Positions 46,789-55,820 of a DNA stretch of 59,542 nucleotides are shown one piece after another. The notes beneath the pieces were generated by a model, which saw only the letters and a program-made list of their open reading frames with translations, was not told the DNA's origin and made no database searches. The first letter of the stretch is position 1, and each line of letters begins with the position of its first letter. The position numbers and the translations under genes were made by a program. Source of the DNA: a virus (lineage: Duplodnaviria > Caudoviricetes); the IMG/VR virus record IMGVR_UViG_3300008120_005569, positions 1 through 59,542 of that record. One strand, given 5' to 3'.

Positions 46789-47115
46789 ATGAAAAAAAAT
46801 GATTATGAAATCTTGGTAGAAAGAATAACAGACCGTGTTATGAATAGATTGATGGAGTTGGTAAGTGTTAAAGAAGGAACGGGGTTTGATACTATATTCG
46901 ATGAACTTAAATCTGAAATGGAAAACATTTCAATTCTACCCGATAACAAAATAGATGCAAGTAAATACGAAGAAAAGGCTGTAATGGATTTTCTCAAGAA
47001 ATTAGGTTACGAATATAAAAAGGCCTTTGGAAATAAACTACACTTCTTCAATAAAGAAACAAGTGTTAGTCTTTATATGTTGCAAGGAAAAAATGTTATT
47101 TCGTTAGTCCCATAG
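46789..47115 (+). CDS. Hypothetical protein (possible virion-internal protein)
   Basis: 108-aa ORF preceded by ATATTTAT; helical Glu-terminated leader. Confidence 0.65.
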   Translation: MKKNDYEILVERITDRVMNRLMELVSVKEGTGFDTIFDELKSEMENISILPDNKIDASKYEEKAVMDFLKKLGYEYKKAFGNKLHFFNKETSVSLYMLQGKNVISLVP

Positions 47116-47123
47116 GAAATACA

Positions 47124-47804
47124 ATGGAAACTGAAAAAAATAAATCTATAAAAGAAGAATTAGACGTAACCACTTTAAGCCTATTCAAGTATATGGCGGT
47201 TATTGATATGATGGAAGTATTGAAAAATAATCGCAGTATGATGAATTATGTATTCACGGAAAAGAAACCCGAAGAAATACGAGCGTGGTTTAGATACTTA
47301 TATGATTCAAAGGCATACAATGACGGTGACTTGAAGAAAAAATTAATGTCTTTGAGTTCAAGAATGTATGGTGATGAAAAAATAAAAACACTGTATAAAG
47401 TGCTGAACAAGATATTAACATCCCCATTCTCAGAAGACGGTAGGGATGAAAGGGAAGCTGACATTAAACGTCTTATGCGAAAAATTTCAATTTATGTAAA
47501 GAATAAATTAACAGATGATGATAAAGAGTCGGTTGATCGAGCATTTGCATACTTGGACGTTGTTTCAAGAACAATAAAAGATAACATGATGCAACTATTA
47601 GATAGACACATGGAAGTTGATAAGTCAGAACCAAAAGATGAAGATCCTGATGCCGAAGAAAAACCAAAAATAAAGGATGTTGAGTCCGATGAAAAACCTA
47701 AAAAAGAATCGTTATATGATAATTTTTATAAAAGAAAACTGAAAAAGAAGATACGTGAAATGATAAGAACAGCTATCATATCAAAAAAATTTACATCTAA
47801 ATAA
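47124..47804 (+). CDS. Hypothetical charged protein
   Basis: 226-aa ORF with AGGA RBS; acidic linker, then LKKKIREMIR. Confidence 0.65.
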   Translation: METEKNKSIKEELDVTTLSLFKYMAVIDMMEVLKNNRSMMNYVFTEKKPEEIRAWFRYLYDSKAYNDGDLKKKLMSLSSRMYGDEKIKTLYKVLNKILTSPFSEDGRDEREADIKRLMRKISIYVKNKLTDDDKESVDRAFAYLDVVSRTIKDNMMQLLDRHMEVDKSEPKDEDPDAEEKPKIKDVESDEKPKKESLYDNFYKRKLKKKIREMIRTAIISKKFTSK

Positions 47805-47811
47805 AATAAAA

Positions 47812-47843
47812 TTTGCATATTAAGTATTAATTTCGTATATTGA
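47812..47843 (+). promoter_or_regulatory. Host-type (sigma70-family) promoter for the replication block
   Basis: TTGCAT-17 nt-TATATT; also reads TTTG-N20-TATATTGA, close to the Bacteroidota TTTG/TAnnTTTG consensus. Confidence 0.6.
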
Positions 47844-47913
47844 ATAAATGAAAATTGTGCATTGAACAATATTAGTTCAGCATTATCTATTAATTATTAT
47901 AAGGAGCCATATT

Positions 47914-48687
47914 ATGGGCATCAATTTGGACGCGATTAAAAATCGCTTGAATTCTCTCAAAAATACCAACAACAGAACATCGCATATTTGGAGACCTGAA
48001 CCAGGTGAACACCAAATTCGTATTGTTCCCTATCTACACAAGGCAGAAAATGCCCCTTTTATTGAGTTATACTTTCATTACAAACTTAGTAAAAGATCTA
48101 TTCTCTCACCAATTTCATTCGGTAGACCTGATCCAATTGTAAACTTCGCTGAAAAAATGAAGCAGACAGGGGATAAAAACGATTGGGTTATGGGAAGAAA
48201 ATTGGAACCAAAAATGAGAACATACGTTCCCGTAATTGTTCGTGGTTCCGAAGGCGAGGGTGTTAAGTTTTGGGGATTTGGAAAACAACTCTATGAAGAA
48301 TTGTTGGGATATTTCGCAGACGATGATTACGGTGATTTATCCGATGTGCAAACAGGACGTGACATTGTAGTAACCGTTAAGTCTCCCGAAGAAACAGGTC
48401 GTGATTATGCAGAAACTACTATCCGTATTAAACCAAATCCGTCTCCCGTTTCTTCTAATCCTGAAATTGTTGAAAAAATCAAACAACACCCAAACATTAC
48501 CGAATTATACCCTGAACCATCTTATGATGAATTGAAGACATATCTTCAAACATACTTAGGTCAATCCGATGACACAGAAGATCTAAATTACACAAGTAAA
48601 AAAGAACAAACTAAATCCGAGGAAAGCAAGCCTGCACCGCCTACATCAAGTGACGATGTTGGTGTTACATTTGACGATCTTTTTTAA
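47914..48687 (+). CDS. Single-stranded DNA-binding protein (T4 gp32-like)
   Basis: WRPEPGEHQIRIVP, PFIELYFHY, GVKFWGFGK, D...GRDIVV, acidic tail ending FDDLF; AAGGAG RBS. Confidence 0.85.
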   Translation: MGINLDAIKNRLNSLKNTNNRTSHIWRPEPGEHQIRIVPYLHKAENAPFIELYFHYKLSKRSILSPISFGRPDPIVNFAEKMKQTGDKNDWVMGRKLEPKMRTYVPVIVRGSEGEGVKFWGFGKQLYEELLGYFADDDYGDLSDVQTGRDIVVTVKSPEETGRDYAETTIRIKPNPSPVSSNPEIVEKIKQHPNITELYPEPSYDELKTYLQTYLGQSDDTEDLNYTSKKEQTKSEESKPAPPTSSDDVGVTFDDLF

Positions 48688-48700
48688 TTAGAGGTAAGTT

Positions 48701-49846
48701 ATGGCAAAAACAAAGAATGAACTGTCCGATGAATTGGGTGGTCTCATTGCCGAAACTATTAATAAACAATTCAAAGCTCAACACCTAAAGACTGCTTATT
48801 TTCTTGAAGGTGATACCGATGCTCCAACAATTGTTAAAGAATGGGTTGGTACTGGGTCAACTATTTTGGACTTGGCAATATCAAATAGAAAAAACGGTGG
48901 ATTCCCTGTCGGTAGAGTATCTGAAATAACAGGTCTTGAACAATCAGGTAAATCCTTATTAGCATCACACGCACTACTAAACACACAGAAAAAAGATGGT
49001 TTGGCGGTATACATAGATACTGAAAATGCTATATCTAAAGAGTATTTGGAAGCAATTGGTTTGGACCTTAAACAGATGTTGTATATTCCATTGGAAACAG
49101 TGGAAGATATTTTTGAAACAATTGATGTAATCATTGACAAAGTAAGGTCTTCAGATAAAGATAGATTGGTTACTATTGTGGTTGATTCTATAGCAGGTGC
49201 TTCAACTAAAACAGAAATGTCCGCTGATTTCGATAAGGATGGATATGCTACTGCTAAGGCACTTATCATTTCAAAGGCAATGAGAAAGATAACGAATCTT
49301 ATTGGTAGAGAACGTATCTGTCTAATCATAACAAACCAACTACGTCAGAAATTAAATGCTCCGGCATTCTCAGATCCATGGACTACTCCGGGTGGAAAGG
49401 GAATACCATTCCATGCTTCGGTTAGATTAAGACTGTCTTCTATCGGTGCTATAAAGACAAAAGTAGATGGGCATGATCAGATTGTTGGTTCACGTGTAAA
49501 GGCTAAATTGGTTAAAAACCGAGTCGGTCCTCCACTACGTGAATGTGAATATGAGGTTTATTTTGATTCGGGAATAGACGATTTCAGCAGTTGGTTAACA
49601 ACTATGAAGGATTACGGCTTAGTTAATCAGGCAGGAGCTTGGTACTCTTGGACTGATAAGGATAGTGGTGAGGTTATAAAATTTCAATCAAAAGAATTTG
49701 TTGAAAAGATTATAAATATTCCTAAATATAAAGAAACTATTTATGACGAAATTGCTGATAAAGTTATTATGAAATATCAGCAGTTAGATTCACCAAGAAT
49801 AGATGATGTAGTTCTTTCCGATGAAATTCCATTTGATGAAGTATGA
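48701..49846 (+). CDS. RecA/UvsX-like recombinase
   Basis: GFPVGRVSEITGLEQSGKS, YIDTE, IVVDS, TNQLRQK, TPGG, KNRVGPP. Confidence 0.95.
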   Translation: MAKTKNELSDELGGLIAETINKQFKAQHLKTAYFLEGDTDAPTIVKEWVGTGSTILDLAISNRKNGGFPVGRVSEITGLEQSGKSLLASHALLNTQKKDGLAVYIDTENAISKEYLEAIGLDLKQMLYIPLETVEDIFETIDVIIDKVRSSDKDRLVTIVVDSIAGASTKTEMSADFDKDGYATAKALIISKAMRKITNLIGRERICLIITNQLRQKLNAPAFSDPWTTPGGKGIPFHASVRLRLSSIGAIKTKVDGHDQIVGSRVKAKLVKNRVGPPLRECEYEVYFDSGIDDFSSWLTTMKDYGLVNQAGAWYSWTDKDSGEVIKFQSKEFVEKIINIPKYKETIYDEIADKVIMKYQQLDSPRIDDVVLSDEIPFDEV

Positions 49847-50889
49847 ACAAAAAATATGCAAACATATTAAACGAAATTGAGTTTGAAAGAGAAACCCAAA
49901 GTTCACTAACCCGTGATGATAAGGTTTTGATTGTTGATGGTATGAATCTGTTTATAAGAACATTTTCAGCCATACCTACTTTGAACGAAGAAGGTAAACA
50001 CGTTGGCGGGTTATCTGGATTTTTACTATCATTAGCTTCAACTATCCGTATGGTTAACCCCACACGGGTAGTTGTTGTTTTTGACGGTAAGGGTGGTTCA
50101 TACAGAAGAAAACAAGTCTATTCAAACTATAAAGAAAAACGTGCAATAACAACTCGATTGAATAGAATTGTTGGTTTTGAAGACATACAAGACGAGCAAG
50201 CCTCAATAAAATATCAACTGTATCGTGTATACAATTATCTACAGAATTTACCAATAACAACAATATCAATAGACCAAATAGAGGCTGATGACGTTATAGC
50301 TTATTTGGCATCATACTTTAAAAAGAAAGTTGTTATATTATCAAACGATAGGGATTTTTTACAATTGGTTTCAGATAGAGTTAGTGTATATTTACCAACA
50401 AAAAAACAAATGTATACACCCGATATTTTGTTGGAGGAGACTGGAATTTGGTGTGAGAATTTTATATTATACAAATCATTATTAGGTGATAAAAGTGATA
50501 ATATAAAAGGTATGAGTGGTATAGGTAAAAAAACAATTGAAAAAAATTTTCCGATGCTATCCGAAAAAAGAAAAATTGATTTGGAAATGTTCTTAGAATT
50601 TTGTAAATTATACGATGGAAAAGTTAAATCACTAAACAACTTAAAAGATAATTTGAAATCATTCGAGACAAATTATCAGATAATGCAATTACATGATGTT
50701 GATATATCACAATCACACAAATCAAATATAAGAAATTTAGTTGATGGTGATGTTGATGGTATACGATTGGTTGAATTAAGTAAGTTATACATTCAAGATA
50801 AATTACATTCTGTTATTCCAAATTGGGATAGTTGGGTAAAAAAGAATTTCAATTCATTAAATGAGCTTAGGAATAAACATGCAAGATAG
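49843..50889 (+). CDS. 5'-3' exonuclease / flap endonuclease (PolI N-terminal or T4 RNase H family)
   Basis: LIVDGMNLFIR, VVFDG, YK..R, EADDVI, SNDRDFLQL, GDKSDNIKG..GIGKK. Confidence 0.93.
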   Translation: MNKKYANILNEIEFERETQSSLTRDDKVLIVDGMNLFIRTFSAIPTLNEEGKHVGGLSGFLLSLASTIRMVNPTRVVVVFDGKGGSYRRKQVYSNYKEKRAITTRLNRIVGFEDIQDEQASIKYQLYRVYNYLQNLPITTISIDQIEADDVIAYLASYFKKKVVILSNDRDFLQLVSDRVSVYLPTKKQMYTPDILLEETGIWCENFILYKSLLGDKSDNIKGMSGIGKKTIEKNFPMLSEKRKIDLEMFLEFCKLYDGKVKSLNNLKDNLKSFETNYQIMQLHDVDISQSHKSNIRNLVDGDVDGIRLVELSKLYIQDKLHSVIPNWDSWVKKNFNSLNELRNKHAR

Positions 50890-52267
50890 TTTGGCGGATT
50901 ATGGTCATTCATTTCAAACAAAAGTAATATCAATACTATTATCCGATAAAGCATTTCTACAACAAGTTTCAGATATAATCGAACCGTATTATTTTGAATC
51001 ACAAGCCAATAGTTGGTTAGTAGAAAAAGTATTGTCATACCATAACATATACAGAAACACACCAACATCAGAAGTATTAAAATCCGAAGTTCTGTCAATA
51101 GAAGATTCAGCACTTAAAACATCCGTTGTTAAAACAATTAAAGATATAAAGTCATTTAAAGAATCAACAGACTTTGAATATATCAAGAGTGTTGTTCTTC
51201 AGTTCTGTAAAAATCAAAAGATGAAAGGTGCTATACTCGATTCAGTGGATTTGCTGAAGTCCGGAAACTTTGATTTGATTAAGAAGAAGATAGATACTGC
51301 TATGAAAGCCGGTGCTGATAAAGATATTGGTCACGAATATAAGGTGGATATTTCTGCACGGTATGAAGAAGGTTCACGTGATTGTGTTTCTACTGGTTGG
51401 AATGTTATAGATGACGTTATGAACGGTGGTCTTGCTGGTGGTGAATTGGGAATTGTAGTTGCTCCTGCTGGTATAGGTAAGAGTTGGGCATTGGTAAGTA
51501 TAGCTGCAAATGCTGTAAAGGCGGGTAAAACAGTAATCTATTATACATTAGAATTAAATCAATTTTATGTTGCACGTAGATTTGATGCGTTCTATACTAA
51601 GATACCATTTCAAGACTTAAACCAAGAACATGCTCAAGAAAAAATTAGAGAGAATATTGACACTTTGAAAGGTGAATTGATTTTAAGATACTATCCAACT
51701 AAAACTGCAAGTGTAATAACATTAAGTTCACATATAGAAAAATGTATTAGTCAAAATAAAAAACCAGATTTAATTGTAGTTGATTACGCTGATTTGATAA
51801 AACCATCAAAGGCGGGTGATAAGAGATTGGAATTGAATGACATATACGAAGATTTGCGTGGTCTTGCTGGAACTTACAACATTCCTATATGGAGTGCTTC
51901 CCAAGCGAATAGGTCATCGTTAGAAGATGATATTATTGAAGGTGGAAAAGTGTCCGAGTCATATAATAAACTAATGATTGCAGATTTCGTAGTGTCTTTA
52001 TCAAGAAAGGTAAATGATAAAATAGGTGGTACTGGTAGATTCCACACTATTAAAAACCGTTTCGGACCTGACGGAATGACTTTCCCAAGTAAAATAAATA
52101 CTATGAACGGTAATATAGAAATATATGAACCCAATTCTGATATGGGTAAGAGTATAAGTTCTTCTATGAATGGCGAACCACTTGCTAAGAAACTAATGAG
52201 TACGCGTTTGAAAGAGTTAGGTGGGATAGAAAGTTTAGAAAATTCCAATAAATTTGAAGCGTTTTGA
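50879..52267 (+). CDS. Replicative helicase, DnaB/gp41-like
   Basis: GGLAGGELGIVVAPAGIGKS, YTLE, IVVDYADL, SASQANR, KNRFG. Start placed at ATG 50879. Confidence 0.93.
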   Translation: MQDSLADYGHSFQTKVISILLSDKAFLQQVSDIIEPYYFESQANSWLVEKVLSYHNIYRNTPTSEVLKSEVLSIEDSALKTSVVKTIKDIKSFKESTDFEYIKSVVLQFCKNQKMKGAILDSVDLLKSGNFDLIKKKIDTAMKAGADKDIGHEYKVDISARYEEGSRDCVSTGWNVIDDVMNGGLAGGELGIVVAPAGIGKSWALVSIAANAVKAGKTVIYYTLELNQFYVARRFDAFYTKIPFQDLNQEHAQEKIRENIDTLKGELILRYYPTKTASVITLSSHIEKCISQNKKPDLIVVDYADLIKPSKAGDKRLELNDIYEDLRGLAGTYNIPIWSASQANRSSLEDDIIEGGKVSESYNKLMIADFVVSLSRKVNDKIGGTGRFHTIKNRFGPDGMTFPSKINTMNGNIEIYEPNSDMGKSISSSMNGEPLAKKLMSTRLKELGGIESLENSNKFEAF

Positions 52268-52287
52268 TATTTATTTAACGGATATGT

Positions 52288-53013
52288 ATGGCATATTTAA
52301 ATTCACCAATACCTGTAATAGATTGTTTTGTACGTGGTAACTTTTTAAGAGACCAAAAAGACCACTTTGATAAAAAATTTCCTTGTTTTATAATTGGAAT
52401 ATCGTCTATACCTGGTAAAACACCATTGTTTCACTTTGTTATGGAAGATGGCGGTGTGTGGTGGAGAATGCCTATACATGCCTTTTGTTGGAAAGAAGAT
52501 GCTGAGCAACAGGAATTGGATGAATTGGTATTGTGGGATTCTTTCTCATACCACGTATCAGTCACACAATTTCCGTATTTTAAAGATAAGGCTGTTAAAT
52601 TTATATCAAGGCGTAGGAATGAGTATAGAGGAAGATACTTATTCACAATAGATTGGGCTGCAAGTACTGATTCAGGGGACACGGATTATCTATTCTCAGA
52701 ATATCCGTCACAACATAAATGCGGCCACGTGATAATGATGGACAACGGCAATTTTGCGATACAACCTAATAATCGTTTTAGGCTTCATGATCCAGCGTTC
52801 ACTACAAAGGAGGAACTTGTTATCGAAAGAATGTATAACAATACTCTGTGGACTGCTGAACGGAATCACCGATGGGTTACACCCGATACAGATAATATGA
52901 ATTACGATCATACTGATTTGGATGCTGGTGAATCTAATTTAGAAAGATCTAAATACTATAACGAGAGGTTAAATGAAAATACGAGTCAGTCATGTAAACG
53001 GAAAATACGATGA
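52288..53013 (+). CDS. Phage hypothetical protein
   Basis: MAYLNSPIP...RMPIHAF...LWDSFSY...YLFTIDW...HKCGH...GNFAIQPNNR; function unknown. Confidence 0.7.
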   Translation: MAYLNSPIPVIDCFVRGNFLRDQKDHFDKKFPCFIIGISSIPGKTPLFHFVMEDGGVWWRMPIHAFCWKEDAEQQELDELVLWDSFSYHVSVTQFPYFKDKAVKFISRRRNEYRGRYLFTIDWAASTDSGDTDYLFSEYPSQHKCGHVIMMDNGNFAIQPNNRFRLHDPAFTTKEELVIERMYNNTLWTAERNHRWVTPDTDNMNYDHTDLDAGESNLERSKYYNERLNENTSQSCKRKIR

Positions 53014-53554
53014 TGAACAAGGCACCGATCTATGTGAACTGTTTTGTATACCTGAAGGTGAGACCAGTACTTACCTTTTTGAAAATGGATGGTTGCCAAC
53101 ATCTAATAACGAATGGTATCAATCAAGATCTTCAAGATTAAAGATTGGTCAATTAACATCAAGAAGAAAATATCAACTGAGAAAAATGTCCGTTAATACA
53201 AATGGAGATTACAGAAAGATATTTGAATCGTCTAAGTTTCTATACAACCAAAGTATAGAAGAATTTTTGGATACTGTTTTGTCTTTTAAACATGAAATAT
53301 ATTATTTTGATAATAGTGTGTTTGGTGTTTTAAATTGGTTTGATGAAATACCTTATTTTTCATTCGTGGTTGGTGGTAAAAACGGTAAAGGTGGTATAAT
53401 ACCAATGACCTGTTATTACTTCTTAAACAAATTAAAAGACCACACATACCCCTATCTATACATAGGAGAGTGGTATGAAGATTTTTATTATAAATCAAGT
53501 TATCCCAATTTTGAATGGTGGGATGGTGAAAAATGGTTAGATAATATAATATAA
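52973..53554 (+). CDS. Arginyl/leucyl-tRNA-protein transferase (ATE/Bpt)-like protein
   Basis: ENGW...WYQSRSSRL and C-terminal YLYIGEWY...YKSSYPNFEWW..W resemble the ATE_C ending Y.YLGYW...YK..F; GAGG RBS. Confidence 0.5.
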   Translation: MKIRVSHVNGKYDDEQGTDLCELFCIPEGETSTYLFENGWLPTSNNEWYQSRSSRLKIGQLTSRRKYQLRKMSVNTNGDYRKIFESSKFLYNQSIEEFLDTVLSFKHEIYYFDNSVFGVLNWFDEIPYFSFVVGGKNGKGGIIPMTCYYFLNKLKDHTYPYLYIGEWYEDFYYKSSYPNFEWWDGEKWLDNII

Positions 53555-53587
53555 AAAAATTATCAAAAAATCCAATTTTTTTTATCG

Positions 53588-53622
53588 AAACGGTATAGTT
53601 ATTACTATATCGTTTTGTTTTT
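53588..53622 (+). terminator. Hairpin/terminator upstream of RNR
   Basis: AAACGGTATAGT-TATT-ACTATATCGTTT (12 bp with one G-U), then TGTTTTT. Confidence 0.65.
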
Positions 53623-53667
53623 AATACTAAAAATCAAGTTTTTAACAATAAATAAATGGAGAGCTAA

Positions 53668-55521
53668 ATGGATATTAGCAATAGGATTCTTTCTGAAATA
53701 ACAGTTCATATGAAATATGCTCGATTTGTTCCCGAAAAGAATAGACGAGAGACTTGGGATGAATTGGTAACAAGAAATAAAGAAATGCATCAAAGAAAAT
53801 ACCCACAATTAACCGATGAAATAGAAAGGGTTTATAAGTTGGTGTATGATAAAAAAGTTTTACCATCAATGCGTTCTTTACAATTTGGTGGAAAGCCTAT
53901 TGAAATATCCCCAAATAGAGTCTATAATTGTGCTTATATGCCAATAGATGATTGGCGTGCATTTGGTGAAGTGATGTTTCTCCTATTAGGTGGTACAGGA
54001 GTAGGGTACTCAGTACAAACACACCACGTTGAAAAATTACCACCAATCCATAGACCTAAATCAAAAGAGAGAAGATTCCTTATTAGTGATTCTATTGAGG
54101 GTTGGGCAGATGCAATAAAAGCCCTTATGAAATCATACTTCACAGGTGGTTCATCTATGAGATTCGATTATTCAGACATCCGTCACAAAGGAGCAAGACT
54201 AATTACAAGTGGTGGAAAGGCACCTGGACCAGAACCACTTCGTATTTGTATAGAAAAAATTAGAGCAATGCTTGACCTAAAAACTGATGGTGAACAACTC
54301 AAACCTATTGAAGTTCACGATATTGTATGTCATATTGCAGATGCCGTTCTTGCTGGAGGAATACGCCGTGCAGCTTTAATATCACTATTCTCAGCTGACG
54401 ATGATGATATGATTTCTTGTAAGTTTGGTAATTGGTGGGAACTAAATCCACAGAGAGGCCGTGCTAATAACTCCGCTGTTCTGCTACGTAGTAAAGTGTC
54501 AGAAGAATTTTTTAAATCACTTTGGAAAAAGATAGAGTTGTCAAACGCGGGTGAACCAGGTATTTATCTTTCAAATGATAAAGATTGGGGAACCAATCCT
54601 TGCTGTGAAATCGCGTTACGTCCATTCCAATTCTGTAACTTATGTGAAGTAAACGTGTCTGATGTAGAATCACAAGAAGACTTGGAAGAACGTGTTAAGG
54701 CTGCAACCTTCATCGGAACTATGCAAGCTGGATATACGGATTTCCATTATCTACGTCCTATTTGGCAAAGAACAACTGAAAAGGACGCTTTACTTGGTGT
54801 TGGTATGACTGGAATAGGATCGGGTAAAGTACAAAAATTAGACTTGAAAGCAGCTGCAAAAGCATCGAGAGAAGAAAATGAAAGGGTTGCTTCAATAATT
54901 GGTATAAATAAATCTGCGAGAACAACAACAATTAAACCAGCAGGAACATCATCATTGACATTGGGTTGTTCATCTGGCATTCATGCTTGGCATAATGATT
55001 ATTATTTACGCCGTGTTCGTGTTGGTAAGAATGAGGCAATTTACACATACTTAAAAATAAATCACCCCGAATTAGTTGAAGATGAATATTTCCGTCCACA
55101 CGATACAGCTGTCATTGGGGTTCCACAGAAAGCACCTGAAGGTTCAATTCTTCGTAGTGAGAGTCCATTGCAATTGTTAGAGAGAGTAAAGTGGTTCAAT
55201 CAAAATTGGATTAAACCCGGACATAGAACAGGTATGAACACTCACAACATATCCGCAACAGTTTCTATACGTGAACACGAATGGGATGCTGTTGGAAATT
55301 GGATGTGGGAAAATAAAGAACACTTCAATGGTCTTTCAGTACTGCCATACGATGGTGGAACTTATATTCAGGCACCATTTGAAGATATTGATGAAGAAAA
55401 ATTCAACAAGTTGATTGAAACTCTACAGGATGTTGATTTGAGTGGTGTTATCGAAATGGAAGACAATACCGATTTGACAGGTGAACTTGCGTGTGCGGGT
55501 GGTGCTTGTGAGATAAAATAA
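53668..55521 (+). CDS. nrdJ: Class II (adenosylcobalamin-dependent) ribonucleotide reductase
   Basis: RRETW, YNC, GGTGVGYSVQ, RRAALI, TNPCCEI, CNL, TTIKPAGT, C-terminal ACAGGACEI. Confidence 0.92.
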   Translation: MDISNRILSEITVHMKYARFVPEKNRRETWDELVTRNKEMHQRKYPQLTDEIERVYKLVYDKKVLPSMRSLQFGGKPIEISPNRVYNCAYMPIDDWRAFGEVMFLLLGGTGVGYSVQTHHVEKLPPIHRPKSKERRFLISDSIEGWADAIKALMKSYFTGGSSMRFDYSDIRHKGARLITSGGKAPGPEPLRICIEKIRAMLDLKTDGEQLKPIEVHDIVCHIADAVLAGGIRRAALISLFSADDDDMISCKFGNWWELNPQRGRANNSAVLLRSKVSEEFFKSLWKKIELSNAGEPGIYLSNDKDWGTNPCCEIALRPFQFCNLCEVNVSDVESQEDLEERVKAATFIGTMQAGYTDFHYLRPIWQRTTEKDALLGVGMTGIGSGKVQKLDLKAAAKASREENERVASIIGINKSARTTTIKPAGTSSLTLGCSSGIHAWHNDYYLRRVRVGKNEAIYTYLKINHPELVEDEYFRPHDTAVIGVPQKAPEGSILRSESPLQLLERVKWFNQNWIKPGHRTGMNTHNISATVSIREHEWDAVGNWMWENKEHFNGLSVLPYDGGTYIQAPFEDIDEEKFNKLIETLQDVDLSGVIEMEDNTDLTGELACAGGACEIK

Positions 55522-55592
55522 AAATAATAGATATTTATTAACAATAGTCGATAGAACTATAACAGTTATTTTTTATATTTAGGAGACTTGTT

Positions 55593-55769
55593 ATGACTAA
55601 ACAAGAAATCTTTGAGCAAATGTCAAAATTGTATAGTGAATTTGAAGCTGCTCATAATTCAACAAAGAAAAAAGATGCAGCTGTTGCTCGTAAAGCTGCT
55701 GGTGAAATTAAGAAATTGGTTACACCCTACAACAAAGCATCTGTTGCCGAAGCAAAGGCATCCAAATAA
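55593..55769 (+). CDS. Histone H1-like (Hc1 family) small protein, 58 aa, absent from the ORF track
   Basis: MTKQEIFEQMSKLYSEFEAAHNSTKKKDAAVARKAAGEIKKLVTPYNKASVAEAKASK; AGGAG RBS, ATATTTAT upstream, own terminator downstream. Confidence 0.7.
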   Translation: MTKQEIFEQMSKLYSEFEAAHNSTKKKDAAVARKAAGEIKKLVTPYNKASVAEAKASK

Positions 55770-55772
55770 TTT

Positions 55773-55799
55773 AAAGGGGTGGATTTCCACCCCTTTTTT
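55773..55799 (+). terminator. Rho-independent terminator
   Basis: AAAGGGGTGG-ATTT-CCACCCCTTT followed by more Ts. Confidence 0.9.
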
Positions 55800-55820
55800 A
55801 TTTAATTCATATTTATTATT

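Noticed and set aside
53555-53667. Cobalamin riboswitch upstream of nrdJ
   Set aside because: The gap is ~110 nt, very AT-rich and holds one simple hairpin; no B12-box is visible.
8324-55521. Inteins or group I introns in terminase, RecA, helicase or RNR
   Set aside because: Proteins are of ordinary length with contiguous motifs; no splice-junction or LAGLIDADG signatures seen.
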